NCBI GenBank assembly: GCA_035526765.1
Contig: DATLBS010000009.1
Coordinates: 7,570 to 71,569, forward strand
Origin: Thermoplasmatota archaeon
Lineage (GTDB): Archaea > Thermoplasmatota > E2 > JACPAO01 > JAHFTW01
Reading direction: 5' to 3'
Length of the DNA stretch: 64,000 nucleotides
The notes below the pieces were generated by a model that searched no databases, had not been told where the DNA came from, and was given only the letters and a program-made list of their open reading frames with translations. Positions within the stretch are counted from its first letter, which is position 1. Every line of letters begins with the position of its first letter. The position numbers and the translations under genes are program-made. Below are positions 28,608-38,466 of the stretch, piece after piece.

Positions 28608-28946
28608 ATGGCCCAGGCCCCCGTCGGAGCCCACTGCCCCCAATGCGCGACCTACGAGGACGCCGTCATCTCCAGGACGCCCGGCGAGCCGTTCCCCGCC
28701 ACGGTCCTGCCGTGCGACAGCTTCGCCATGTCGGACCGCTTCCGCGACTGGGCCGTCGCCCAGATGCGCGCCGAGGTCGGCGGCCAGGTCTCTGGCGCCG
28801 GCCTCGACCGCATGGCCCTGCTGAAGGGGAAGACCAGCACGGCCTCGCCCGCTCCAGCGACGGCATCGGCGCGCAAGCTGACGGCCCGCAAGCGCAAGGG
28901 CTCCCCCAGCGGGGATGTGTCCCCCAAGGACCCGGGCCAGCGCTGA
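28608..28946 (+). CDS. Hypothetical protein with N-terminal CxxC
   Basis: ATG at 28608; HCPQC...PCDS then a basic low-complexity tail. Confidence 0.55.
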   Translation: MAQAPVGAHCPQCATYEDAVISRTPGEPFPATVLPCDSFAMSDRFRDWAVAQMRAEVGGQVSGAGLDRMALLKGKTSTASPAPATASARKLTARKRKGSPSGDVSPKDPGQR

Positions 28947-28968
28947 ACCGTCCAAGCCGCCTGCAGGC

Positions 28969-29694
28969 TCAGCCGAGCATCTTGCTCAGAAGGTAGAGCA
29001 CGAACATGCCGCCGGCGACATAGAGCGCAAGTCGCCCCATGCTGATGCGCTTGGGCGGCATGCGGGTCTCCACGGTGCCCTCGTGCTCGAGGGGGCGCGG
29101 CGGGGCAGGCGGCGGCAGCGGCGGGCGGGGACCCTCCGGGCCGGGCGCGGGGGCGTCGAGCCACGCGAAGCGCGCGGTGCCCGCTGGCCTGGGTTGCGTC
29201 GCAGACGGGGCGGCCTCCGGCTGCCACGCGGCCGGGACGGGCGCCGCGGGCACGACCTGCTCCGCCTCCATGAGGCGCGCGGGCTCGGCGACGGGCCCGG
29301 CGCGCCCGGAGGCGGGCCAGGGATGCGCGGCCAGGTCCTTCCCGGCCGGGTCTGCGAGGGCGGGGCCTGGAAGGCGCGGGGCGGGGTCGTCCAGCGCGGA
29401 CTCCTCCAGGACGACGACGGCGAGCTGGGCGGCCAGGCGGCGCAGGTCGGCGCTGGCGGTCGCGGAGGCCACCACCGGGGTGGCGCCGATGTCGCGGGCC
29501 ACGGTGCGCACGCGGCTGACCTCGGCGGCATCGACGCCGGCCGCGTCGCCGAAGCTGACCAGAAGGGCGCCCAGGGGCCCCTCGGCGACCATGTCGAGGT
29601 GGTAGACGTTCTGCGATGCGCCGCGGACCTTGACGCCCTCCCGCACCTCGTAGCCCCGGGCGCGGTAGAAGTCGGCCACCCGGGACCTGAACAC
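28969..29694 (-). CDS. Mrr/PD-(D/E)XK-fold domain + Pro-rich linker + C-terminal TM anchor
   Basis: [24 protein letters not shown] pattern of restriction-endonuclease-like domains; C-terminal [19 protein letters not shown]. Confidence 0.6.
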   Translation of the reverse strand: MFRSRVADFYRARGYEVREGVKVRGASQNVYHLDMVAEGPLGALLVSFGDAAGVDAAEVSRVRTVARDIGATPVVASATASADLRRLAAQLAVVVLEESALDDPAPRLPGPALADPAGKDLAAHPWPASGRAGPVAEPARLMEAEQVVPAAPVPAAWQPEAAPSATQPRPAGTARFAWLDAPAPGPEGPRPPLPPPAPPRPLEHEGTVETRMPPKRISMGRLALYVAGGMFVLYLLSKMLG

Positions 29695-29816
29695 GCCCTT
29701 CCACCGCCGCCTGGGTACAAACCGGTTTCCTTCTGTGGCAGCCCGGCGCGCCGCCGCGGCACCGCACCTGCCTGACCCCCAATCTTAAGCCACCCACCCT
29801 AGGTGCGCGCGTGCGC

Positions 29817-32783
29817 ATGGCGGAGGACGCGTGGGACCTGGAGGCCATCACGGCCAAGTGGCAGGCGCGTTGGTGGGCCGCGAAGGTCCAGCATGCGGAA
29901 AGGCCCACGGATTGGATCGGGACCGTGCCAGGGAGCGGAGTCGCGAAGCCGACTTTCTTCATCCATTTCGCCTACCCGGGAATCTCAGGGTTCCTCCATG
30001 TGGGCCACATGCGGGGCTTCACCTACACCGACGTGTTCGCCCGTTACAAGCGCATGACGGGGCACCACGTGCTGTTCCCCGCCGGCTTCCACGCCTCCGG
30101 CATCCCCGCGGTGGCCTTCGCCTCCGAGGTCAAGCGCGGGGAGAAGACGGAATACCTGCGCACCAACGGCTACGAGGGGCCCATCGAGGCGCTGTCGGAC
30201 CCCAAGGCCGTCGTGGGCTACTTCGCGCGGATCTACACGAACGACTACTGGAAGAAGTTCGGATTCCTCATCGACGAGCGCCGCAACTGCACCACGATCG
30301 ACCCCGCCTACAACCGGTTCATCCAGTGGCAGTTCCGCGCCCTGTCCGCCAAGGGGTACCTCATCCAGAAGCCGCACTACGCGCCCTACTGCCCTGTCGC
30401 AGGGCCCGTGGCGGTGGACAAGTCGGAGACCGACATCAAGCAGGGCGGGTCCGCCGAGGTCCTCGAGTTCGTCGCCCTCCGCTTCACCCTTCCCGCCGGC
30501 ACCGTGCACGCCGAGCCCGTCATCCTCCCCTGCGCAACGCTGCGCCCCGAGACCGTGTACGGCTGCACGAACGTCTGGGTCCACCCCGACCAGGAATACC
30601 ACCTCGTGCGTGTGTGGCAGGACGGTTTCGTGAAGGATTCCGACCCCAGCGAGGTGTGGGCGGTCTCCGCGCGCGGCGTCGTGAAGCTGGAGTGGCAGTT
30701 CGAGCGCGCCAAGTCCCTGCACATCAAGGTCGACGGCCGCACCCTCGTCGGCGAGAACGTCGTCGCCCCCGTCACGGGCAAGCGCGTGCCCGTCGTGGCC
30801 GGTTCCTTCGTCGACCCGCAGATCGCGACCGGGGTCGTCATGTCGGTGCCCGGGCACGCGCCCTTCGACTACGCCGCCTACAAGGACGCGGGGCTGCTGG
30901 ACACCCTGGGCGCGCCTCCCGTCATCGTGACCGTCGAGGGGCAGAAGGGCATCCCCGCCGCGGAGGCGTGCAGGCGCCACAAGGTCACGAACCAGGGCGA
31001 CCGCGCCCAGCTTGACGCGGCCACCGAGGAGCTGTACTCTGACGAGTTCAACAAGGGCGTCCTGACGGAGGCCTGCGGCCCGTACGCCGGCAAGCGCATC
31101 AAGGCCGTGAAGGACCAGATCAAGGCGGACTTCATCAGTGTGGCAAGCGCCGCCCCGCTCAAGGGCCACTTCCCGGCCGGCCGCATCCTGCGCCAGTTCT
31201 CGGAGCCCGTGGTGAGCCGCGCCGGCGAGATGGTCGACATCAAGCGCGTCCCCGACCAGGACTTCATCCACTACGCGGACAAGCCGTGGACCGAGAAGGC
31301 GAAGGCGCACGCCGCGTCGATGGCCGTGTTCCCGCAACGCTACAAGGACGAGCTCCCCAACGTGCTGGACTGGTTCGGGGACCGCGCCTGCGTCCGCCGT
31401 GGCGCGTGGCTGGGCACGGAGTTCCCGTTCAAGCCGGGCTGGATCGTCGAGCCCATCGCCGACTCCACGTTCTACTCCTGGTTCTACCTCGTGCAGCGAT
31501 ACGTCCGAAGCGAATGGAACCCAAGCCCACCCCGCGGCGGCCTGGCCGTCGAGGAGCTCACGGACGCCTTCTTCGAGTTCGTCTTCAACGGCAGGGGGTC
31601 CCCCGCCAAGCCCCTGTGGGAGGAGGTGCGCAAGGACGTCCTGTTCTGGGGCCCCGTCGACATCAACCTCGGCGGCAAGGAGCACCAGACCGTCCACTTC
31701 CCCGTCTACGTCATGAACAACGTGGCCCTGATGGAGGACCCCAGGCTGTGGCCGAAGGGCATCTTCGTCAACTGGTGGGTCACGCAGAAGGCGGGCGCCA
31801 AGATCAGCAAGAGCAAGGGCGGCGCCGAGCCCATCCCCGGCGCCGCGCGGCGCTACGGCGTCGACGCGATGCGGCTCTACTACTGCCACGTCGGCTCCCC
31901 CCACGTCGACATCGAATGGGACCCCGACCTCGTGATGAGCTACAAGGTGCGCGTCGAACGTGTCGCGCGCCTGTGCGACGAGGCGCTGGCCGCCACCGGC
32001 CCCGCCGGCCCCATGGACGCCTGGCTGGAGGCCGCCTTCGCCAAGGCGCTGGGGGCCGCGCGGTCCGCCTACGAGGCGCACGACCTGCGCACCGCCGCCA
32101 CGGAGCTGGTCTACACCGTGCCGGACCTGCTGCGGTGGTACCACCGCCGCGGCGGCTCCAATGGCGCCCTGCTGCGCCGCGCGGTGCGGGAATGGGCGCA
32201 GGGGCTCTGCCCCATGCTGCCGCACCTGGCGGAGGAGATGCACGAGCGCGCGGGCGGCAAGGGACTCTGCACGGCCTCGGCCTTCCCGGACCTGCCCGAG
32301 CCCGGGCCCGCGGCACTGGCGAGCGAGGAGTACCTCCGGGCCGTGCTGGAGGACATGTTGACGGTCCGCAAGCTGGCCGGCATCGAGAGGCCGGAAAGCC
32401 TTGCCCTCTACACGACGGCGGCGTGGAAGCGCAGGCTGCTGGCGCAGGCCGCGGCGATGGCCGCGGCGGCGGGGGGCAAGTTCCCGATGGGGCAGTTCAT
32501 GCAGCAGGTCATGGCCGACCCCACGATGCGCGAGCAGGGCAAGGCCGTGCAGGCCTTCACCGGCAAGCTGCCCCAGGCCGTTACGCAGACCGCGCCGTGG
32601 CAGCGCATCCTGCTCGAGGCAGGCACCGACGAGCGCCAGGTGCTGCAGGAGGCGGCTCCCTTCCTCGCCCGGGAATTGGGCGTTCCCGCCGTCCAGGTCT
32701 TCTCGGCGGACGACCCCCAAGCCCCCGATCACCCCAAAAAGGGGTTGGCAGCCCCCTTCAAGCCTGGCATCGCGATTGCCTGA
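29817..32783 (+). CDS. leuS: Leucine--tRNA ligase (archaeal/eukaryal type)
   Basis: HVGH, ATLRPET, VMSVPGHAPFDY editing motifs, KISKSKG, YGVDAMRL. Confidence 0.95.
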   Translation: MAEDAWDLEAITAKWQARWWAAKVQHAERPTDWIGTVPGSGVAKPTFFIHFAYPGISGFLHVGHMRGFTYTDVFARYKRMTGHHVLFPAGFHASGIPAVAFASEVKRGEKTEYLRTNGYEGPIEALSDPKAVVGYFARIYTNDYWKKFGFLIDERRNCTTIDPAYNRFIQWQFRALSAKGYLIQKPHYAPYCPVAGPVAVDKSETDIKQGGSAEVLEFVALRFTLPAGTVHAEPVILPCATLRPETVYGCTNVWVHPDQEYHLVRVWQDGFVKDSDPSEVWAVSARGVVKLEWQFERAKSLHIKVDGRTLVGENVVAPVTGKRVPVVAGSFVDPQIATGVVMSVPGHAPFDYAAYKDAGLLDTLGAPPVIVTVEGQKGIPAAEACRRHKVTNQGDRAQLDAATEELYSDEFNKGVLTEACGPYAGKRIKAVKDQIKADFISVASAAPLKGHFPAGRILRQFSEPVVSRAGEMVDIKRVPDQDFIHYADKPWTEKAKAHAASMAVFPQRYKDELPNVLDWFGDRACVRRGAWLGTEFPFKPGWIVEPIADSTFYSWFYLVQRYVRSEWNPSPPRGGLAVEELTDAFFEFVFNGRGSPAKPLWEEVRKDVLFWGPVDINLGGKEHQTVHFPVYVMNNVALMEDPRLWPKGIFVNWWVTQKAGAKISKSKGGAEPIPGAARRYGVDAMRLYYCHVGSPHVDIEWDPDLVMSYKVRVERVARLCDEALAATGPAGPMDAWLEAAFAKALGAARSAYEAHDLRTAATELVYTVPDLLRWYHRRGGSNGALLRRAVREWAQGLCPMLPHLAEEMHERAGGKGLCTASAFPDLPEPGPAALASEEYLRAVLEDMLTVRKLAGIERPESLALYTTAAWKRRLLAQAAAMAAAAGGKFPMGQFMQQVMADPTMREQGKAVQAFTGKLPQAVTQTAPWQRILLEAGTDERQVLQEAAPFLARELGVPAVQVFSADDPQAPDHPKKGLAAPFKPGIAIA

Positions 32784-33190
32784 ACAGAACCGCCTCCACG
32801 CGAAGCGCTGGGGCCAAGCAGGGGCCATGGTTTCCTATCCGACCCGTTCGTGGGTAGGCTTCAACCACACCTGTCCGTGTCCGTTTGCGCACAAACCTAC
32901 AATCTACAAATATGCCCAGACCCAATGCTAGTTGCTGGTTTCCTTATGAATGGACCCCCTTGCACGACGGACACTCACGAATACATCTACTGGTAATCTC
33001 CACCCGAGGCCCCGGTTCCACTGGAACCTGGCGCCTTTCCTTGACCGCATCGACCTGACCCCCATGGGGCCTCTTTTGATCGCCGCCAACACGACCTAGC
33101 GGGCGCTCCATAACCTCCGTTCCGCAGATTGCTTCGCTTCCCCTACGGGTCCCGGCCCCCTCCTTCGCTAGGCTAGGGCAAGCGGCGTCG

Positions 33191-33310
33191 TTGGCTCGGT
33201 GCGCTCGCCTCTCATTGGGCAGCCCCGATCCGGCGCCTCGCGTTCGTTCGGCTTGGGCAAGAGGCCATGCTTGGCTCGCTGCGCTCGCCTCTCATTGGGG
33301 CCTCTTGCCC
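33191..33310. repeat. 29-bp direct repeat (80-nt period) with a 12-bp inverted repeat around the second copy
   Basis: TTGGCTCG(G/C)TGCGCTCGCCTCTCATTGGG at 33191 and 33271; GGGCAAGAGGCC 33255-33266 / GGCCTCTTGCCC 33299-33310. Confidence 0.8.
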
Positions 33311-33507
33311 ATCATCTTCGCATAGAACCCGTTCGGGAACCCCCGCAGCACCTTGTTGTACGCAGCCGCCGAGCCGCCTGCCCGCAAGCGCCGCCCCGCC
33401 ATGGCGAACACCACGAGGTACACGAAGAAGCCGCCGAGGTAGACCGCGCCGAGGCAGTAGAGGAACGTCGTCCAGAACGTCCAATGCCCAGGGTCGAAGG
33501 GCAGCAC
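33292..33507 (-). CDS. Small single-TM membrane protein
   Basis: 71 aa; WTFWTTFLYCLGAVYLGGFFVYLVVFAM then a basic tail; divergent from gdhA. Confidence 0.6.
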   Translation of the reverse strand: MLPFDPGHWTFWTTFLYCLGAVYLGGFFVYLVVFAMAGRRLRAGGSAAAYNKVLRGFPNGFYAKMMGKRPQ

Positions 33508-33564
33508 GGCCGCTGCACCCTCCCGTCGGATTTATAGGGCCATCCCTTCCGCGCAGACGGTCGC

Positions 33565-34830
33565 ATGGCGGAGACCCACCTCAACCCGTACCAGATGGCG
33601 CTGTCGCAGCTGCAGGCCGTCGCCAAGCGCATGAAGCTGGACCCCAACATCCACGAGGTGCTCAAGCACCCCATGCGCAGCCTCGAGGTCTGCATCCCCG
33701 TCCGCATGGACAATGGCACCACGAAGGTGTTCACCGGCTTCCGCGTCCAGCACTCCATGGCGCGCGGCCCCGCCAAGGGCGGCGTGCGCTTCCACCAGAA
33801 CGTCACCCTCGACGAGGTCAAGGCCCTCGCGATGTGGATGACCTGGAAGTGCGCCGTCGTGGGCATCCCGTACGGCGGCGCCAAGGGCGGCGTCATCGTC
33901 GACCCCAAGGAGCTCACCCACGGCGAGCTCGAGCGCATGGCCCGCCGCTACTTCTCCGAGATCTCCGTCATCATCGGCCCCCAGATCGACATCCCGGCCC
34001 CCGACGTCAACACGAACGCGCAGACGATGGCGTGGTTCATGGACACCTACTCGATGGGGCAGGGCTACGCGGTCCCCGCCATCGTCACCGGCAAGCCCGT
34101 CGACATCGGCGGCTCCGAGGGGCGCGAGAAGGCGACCAGCCGCGGCATCACGTTCTGCGTCCGCGAGGCCGCGAAGGCCATCAAGATGGACCTCAAGGGC
34201 GCGACCGTCGCGATCCAGGGCTTCGGCAACGTCGGCGGCAACTCCGCCCCCCTGCTGAGCGACATGGGCTGCAAGATCGTGGCCGTGAGCGACGTGAGCG
34301 GCGGCATCCACGACCCCAAGGGCCTGGACATCGCGAAGCTGATGTCGCACGTCAAGCAGACCGGCTCCGTCAAGGGCTTCGCGGGTGCCAAGGAGATCAC
34401 GAACAAGGAGCTCCTCGAGATCAAGGTGGACATCCTCGTCCCCGCGGCCCTCGAGGGCGTCATCACGAAGGACAACGCGGCCCGCATCGACTGCAGGATC
34501 CTCGCCGAGGGCGCCAACGGTCCCACGACCCCAGACGCGGACCAGGTCCTCCTCAAGAAGGGCGTCTTCGTCATCCCCGACGTCCTCTGCAACGCGGGCG
34601 GTGTCACCGCCTCCTACTTCGAGTGGGTGCAGGGCCTGCAGTCGTTCTTCTGGACGGAGGACGAGGTCAATGACCGCCTCGACCAGATCATGACGAAGGC
34701 GTTCCACCAGGTGCACGACATCTGGGTCAAGGAGACGGCGAAGGAACCGCTCACGATGCGGCAGGCGGCGTACATGCTGGCCGTGAAGCGCGTGGCGGAA
34801 GCGATCTCGAAGCGCGGCATTTACCCGTAG
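33565..34830 (+). CDS. gdhA: Glu/Leu/Phe/Val dehydrogenase (glutamate dehydrogenase)
   Basis: RGPAKGGVRF, GGAKGGV, DIPAPDVNT, QGFGNVG, AEGANGP, PDVLCNAGGV. Confidence 0.95.
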   Translation: MAETHLNPYQMALSQLQAVAKRMKLDPNIHEVLKHPMRSLEVCIPVRMDNGTTKVFTGFRVQHSMARGPAKGGVRFHQNVTLDEVKALAMWMTWKCAVVGIPYGGAKGGVIVDPKELTHGELERMARRYFSEISVIIGPQIDIPAPDVNTNAQTMAWFMDTYSMGQGYAVPAIVTGKPVDIGGSEGREKATSRGITFCVREAAKAIKMDLKGATVAIQGFGNVGGNSAPLLSDMGCKIVAVSDVSGGIHDPKGLDIAKLMSHVKQTGSVKGFAGAKEITNKELLEIKVDILVPAALEGVITKDNAARIDCRILAEGANGPTTPDADQVLLKKGVFVIPDVLCNAGGVTASYFEWVQGLQSFFWTEDEVNDRLDQIMTKAFHQVHDIWVKETAKEPLTMRQAAYMLAVKRVAEAISKRGIYP

Positions 34831-34839
34831 GTTTTCGGC

Positions 34840-35316
34840 CCGCACGAACCACAGATTGCACAGATTTCACAGAACCTAGCGCGAGCTCGTTTGGTGCACA
34901 GCGGCCCGGGTTCGGTTCCAGACGGCCGAGCGCTTCGCGTTCGGTTCTGGATCATCGACTATCGTACACCCCCTGTGTGGGCGGCGGCGTGGAGCACCAG
35001 AGAAGTTGTTCTTGGTGCGCGGAGCGCACGGGTCTCGAAGCGTCCCCGAGCTTCGAGGGGCGCGCTTTGCGCGCCCCCGTTCCATCGCTTACGTCAACAG
35101 CAACCCCAAGCCGTTTGGTGGCGAAGGTCTTGTCCCTTGAGGGGCCGCAGGCCCCTCGTGTCGCGCGTGTGCACGGAGCGAGCCGTGCTGGCCGTGCCAC
35201 GCGCCGCCGCCGGAGGTGCCAGTGTCATGGATTTTCTCGCTTCGGGGCGACCGATGGGTCAATCCTTGACCGGCAAGCATCCAAGGTCATCTGTGCCGTA
35301 TGTGGTTCAGTTGGGG
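34840..35316. repeat. About 470-bp mosaic intergenic element with CACAGAT arms at both ends
   Basis: GAACCACAGATTGCACAGATTTCACAGA at left, ATCTGTGCCGTATGTGGTTCAG at right; internal blocks shared with 51681-51777, 57647-57785 and 12795-12862. Confidence 0.9.
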
Positions 35317-35381
35317 GAACCGAAACCCGCCGGACCACGCACTGCGTCCCGCTTATCTGGGGGACCCTTCTGCCGTCGCCC

Positions 35382-36638
35382 ATGACATGGCATGGCCGCT
35401 TCCTCGGGGCCGCCGAGAACATCGGTCGCCTCGGCTTCGTCCTTGACACGGAAGGCTCCCGCTTCCTCTTCGACTACGGCATGGAGCCGGACAAGCCGCC
35501 CCTCTACCCGCTGCCCTCGCCGGCCATCGACCGCGTGTTCCTCACGCATTCGCACCTCGACCACTCCGGCATGCTCCCCTGGCTGGCCGCGCGCTACGAC
35601 GCCCCCGTCCTGTGCACGCCCCCCACGGCGGAGGTGGCCACCCTCATGCACAAGGACTCCCTCAAGATCGCGCGCAGCGAAGGGTTCCCGGAGCCGTACG
35701 GCGACGCCGACATCGAGGCCACCATCGGCCTGTACGACCACCAGGACTTCACGCACCCCAAGCCGATGGGCAAGCACACCCTTCGCCTCCACTCCGCCGG
35801 CCACATCCCCGGCGCCAGCCAGATGGAGCTGCAGGGCCCCAACGGCACCCTCGTCTTCACCGGCGACCTCTACACCCGCCCGCAGCGCGTCGTCATGGCG
35901 GCCAAGCAGACCAAGGCGGACGTCCTCTTCATGGAGGCGACCTATGCCGGCAAGGAGCACCCGCCCCGGGACCAGGTGGAGCAGGACTTCCGTGACTACG
36001 CGCACGAGGTCGTCGCCCGCGGCGGCGTCCTGCTGGTGCCCGCCTTCGCGGTCGGCCGCAGCCAGGAGATCGCCATGGTCCTGGCCGAGGAGGGCCTCAA
36101 CGTGTGGCTGGACGGCATGGGCCGCACGGTGGCCAAGATCTTCTCGCAGCACCCGCAGTACCTCAACGACCGCTCCGCCTACGAGCGCGCCATGGGCCGC
36201 GTCAAGATGATCCACAACCACCGCGGCCGCAGCGTCGCCCTCAAGGAGGCCGACGTCATCATCACGACGGGCGGCATGATGGACGGCGGCCCCATCCTGT
36301 TCTACCTCGATGCCGTCCGCAACGACCCCCGCTGCGGCGTCGCCATCACCGGCTACCAGGCCGAAGGCACCAATGGTCGCCGCCTTCTGGAGAAGGGGGA
36401 ACTGGACTTCGACCCCCGCGCCCCCGGCACCAAGGTGCACCGCCTCAACTGCGAGGTGCGTTCCTTCGACTTCAGCGCCCACGCCGGCCACAAGGACCTC
36501 GTCGACTTCGCGCGCCGCACCGGCGCCAAGGACATCGTCCTCTTCCATGGGGACAAGCGCGAGGCCCTCGTGGGCGACCTCAGCGACTTCGCCACGGTGC
36601 ACCTGCCCATGGTGGACCAGCCGTTCGTGATCAAGTAG
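35382..36638 (+). CDS. MBL-fold beta-CASP ribonuclease (CPSF-like)
   Basis: THSHLDHSG, SAGHIPG, FTGD, MEATY, PAFAVGRSQE, ITGYQAEGTNGR, DFSAHA. Confidence 0.9.
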   Translation: MTWHGRFLGAAENIGRLGFVLDTEGSRFLFDYGMEPDKPPLYPLPSPAIDRVFLTHSHLDHSGMLPWLAARYDAPVLCTPPTAEVATLMHKDSLKIARSEGFPEPYGDADIEATIGLYDHQDFTHPKPMGKHTLRLHSAGHIPGASQMELQGPNGTLVFTGDLYTRPQRVVMAAKQTKADVLFMEATYAGKEHPPRDQVEQDFRDYAHEVVARGGVLLVPAFAVGRSQEIAMVLAEEGLNVWLDGMGRTVAKIFSQHPQYLNDRSAYERAMGRVKMIHNHRGRSVALKEADVIITTGGMMDGGPILFYLDAVRNDPRCGVAITGYQAEGTNGRRLLEKGELDFDPRAPGTKVHRLNCEVRSFDFSAHAGHKDLVDFARRTGAKDIVLFHGDKREALVGDLSDFATVHLPMVDQPFVIK

Positions 36639-36680
36639 GACACCGGACGGCTGGAGCGCACCGGAAGCCGTCCGGCCGCG

Positions 36681-37553
36681 TCAGAAACCGCTCGCCAGGT
36701 GCGCCGCCATGCGGGCCTTCACGCGCGTGAGGACGTCCTCGTTGTCGTAGGCCCGCTCCGCCTTCTTCGGCGCGCGGATCGCCTTGTCCAGCAGCGGCAG
36801 CGCGCGGGTCAGCTCGTCCACGATCGTGATGTCGGCCATGCGGGCCGTGCGGCTGAGCGGGTTGAGGTCGATCGTCACGACGGTCTTCCCCATCCTCTTG
36901 AGCGCCTGGCAGCGGTCGCCGTCCTCCAGGGGCACGATGACGAGGTCGGCGGTGCCGATGCCGGCCTTGCAGCACCTGCCGCGGTCCGAGTCGAGACCGG
37001 GGATCTGGAAGTCCGGCTTCGCTCCCAGGACGGTGCCCTTGATGGCGCCGGACTTCTCCATGGCACGCACCAGCTTCGCGACCCGCTCCTCGGAGCGGTG
37101 GAACAGGTTCACCTCCAGCGTGATGGACGGCCACGCCCGCGCGATGGAGTCGCACAGCCCCGCCGCCAGCGCCACGACGTTGCCGTTCAGGGACAGGACT
37201 GGCCGCTTCGCGGCACGGATGCGGCGCGCGGCCTCCTGGATCGCCTCCACGGCCTCGGGCGGCGTCTTCTCGCCCAGGAGATAATCGAACGCCTCGCCGC
37301 GACCATGCGCGATCAGGCCCGTGGGGTGCACCCAGCCGGCCGTGACGGCGTCCTTCATGCGCTCGCGCACGCGCAGGCTCGCGTAGCGCGGATGCGAGGC
37401 AGGGATGTTGCTGCCGGTGCCCGCGGCCGGGGGGGCCGATTCCACGGCCCCCTCCCTCGCGTCGCCATCGGCCGGGGCCTGCGCCGGCACCCCGGCTGGC
37501 TTGGAGGCGCGCCGCGGGGCGCGCGGGGCCTTGGCCTTGGTCGCGGGGGTCAT
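36681..37553 (-). CDS. 4-phosphopantoate--beta-alanine ligase (archaeal phosphopantothenate synthetase)
   Basis: SHPRYASL, GLIAHGRGEAFDYLLGEKT, EVNLFHRS, VPLEDGDR, IDLNPLSRTA; ATGA overlap with nadC. Confidence 0.92.
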   Translation of the reverse strand: MTPATKAKAPRAPRRASKPAGVPAQAPADGDAREGAVESAPPAAGTGSNIPASHPRYASLRVRERMKDAVTAGWVHPTGLIAHGRGEAFDYLLGEKTPPEAVEAIQEAARRIRAAKRPVLSLNGNVVALAAGLCDSIARAWPSITLEVNLFHRSEERVAKLVRAMEKSGAIKGTVLGAKPDFQIPGLDSDRGRCCKAGIGTADLVIVPLEDGDRCQALKRMGKTVVTIDLNPLSRTARMADITIVDELTRALPLLDKAIRAPKKAERAYDNEDVLTRVKARMAAHLASGF

Positions 37554-38377
37554 GCGTCCCATTCCATGGAGAGGTCCTTGGCGGGGGCCTTCTGCGTGAG
37601 CCATCCGAGGCTGACGCGGTCCGCCCACCCGTACTCGAGGAGGTTGTCCGGCCGGATGCCCCCCGAGGCTTCAACCTTGATATGGGGGAACTCGGCCCGC
37701 ACCGCCCGCGCCCAGGCTTCCCCGACGGCGCCAGCCTGGTTGTCGATCAGCAGCCAGTCGGCGCCGGCGGCGGCCGCGGCGCGGGCGTCCTCGTGGCTCT
37801 CCACCTCGCACGTCACGGTCCTGCCGCGGGCGGCGGCGACCACCCTGCGAACGGCGGCGTCGACGTCGCCGGCGCAGGCGGCGATGTGGTTGTCCTTCAC
37901 CATCGCCGCGTCCCAAAGGCCCATGCGGTGCGGGTCGCCGCCCCCCACGCGGACCGCCTCCTTCTCGAAGGCGCGGAAGCCAGGCGTCGTCTTGCGCGTG
38001 GCGGCCACCTGGGCGCGCGCGCCTGCCTTCGCCAGGGCATCGGCAAGCTCCCGCGTGAGGCTTGCGATGCCGGCCATGCGCGCCAGGAGGTTGAGGGCCA
38101 GCCGCTCGCCCGCAAGGAGGGCCTGGGCCGGGCCGCGGACCTCCAGCAGGGGGGCGCCGGGGGACGCCCAGGCTCCTTCGGTGGCGCAGGGGGTGGCCGT
38201 GGCGCCGAGCCGGCGGAACACCTCGGCGGCGTGGGCGGCACCGGCCACCAGCAGCCGCTCCCGCGCGACGATGCGGGCGCTCCCCTGCTCGCCTGCGGGC
38301 AGCGCCGCCGCGGTGAGGTCGCCGGGCCCGAGGTCCTCCTGGAGGTAGAGGCCGAGCCAGTCCGGCGTCGAGGGCAC
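37550..38377 (-). CDS. nadC: Nicotinate-nucleotide diphosphorylase (carboxylating)
   Basis: EDLGPGDLT, ERLALNLL, ATRKTTPG, HRMGLWDAAMVKDNH, EASGGI. Confidence 0.93.
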   Translation of the reverse strand: MPSTPDWLGLYLQEDLGPGDLTAAALPAGEQGSARIVARERLLVAGAAHAAEVFRRLGATATPCATEGAWASPGAPLLEVRGPAQALLAGERLALNLLARMAGIASLTRELADALAKAGARAQVAATRKTTPGFRAFEKEAVRVGGGDPHRMGLWDAAMVKDNHIAACAGDVDAAVRRVVAAARGRTVTCEVESHEDARAAAAAGADWLLIDNQAGAVGEAWARAVRAEFPHIKVEASGGIRPDNLLEYGWADRVSLGWLTQKAPAKDLSMEWDA

Positions 38378-38466
38378 GCCGGGGGCACAGTTGCTGGCTA
38401 TTTTGCGGCTTGCCCGTCAAACGGTCGCGCCACAGCGGTTTTGTGCAGGCAGGCCGAGTGCGGGGC

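Noticed and set aside
32950-33099. 49-codon ORF in the low-GC patch
   Set aside because: No motif, atypical composition and no clear promoter; not called as a CDS
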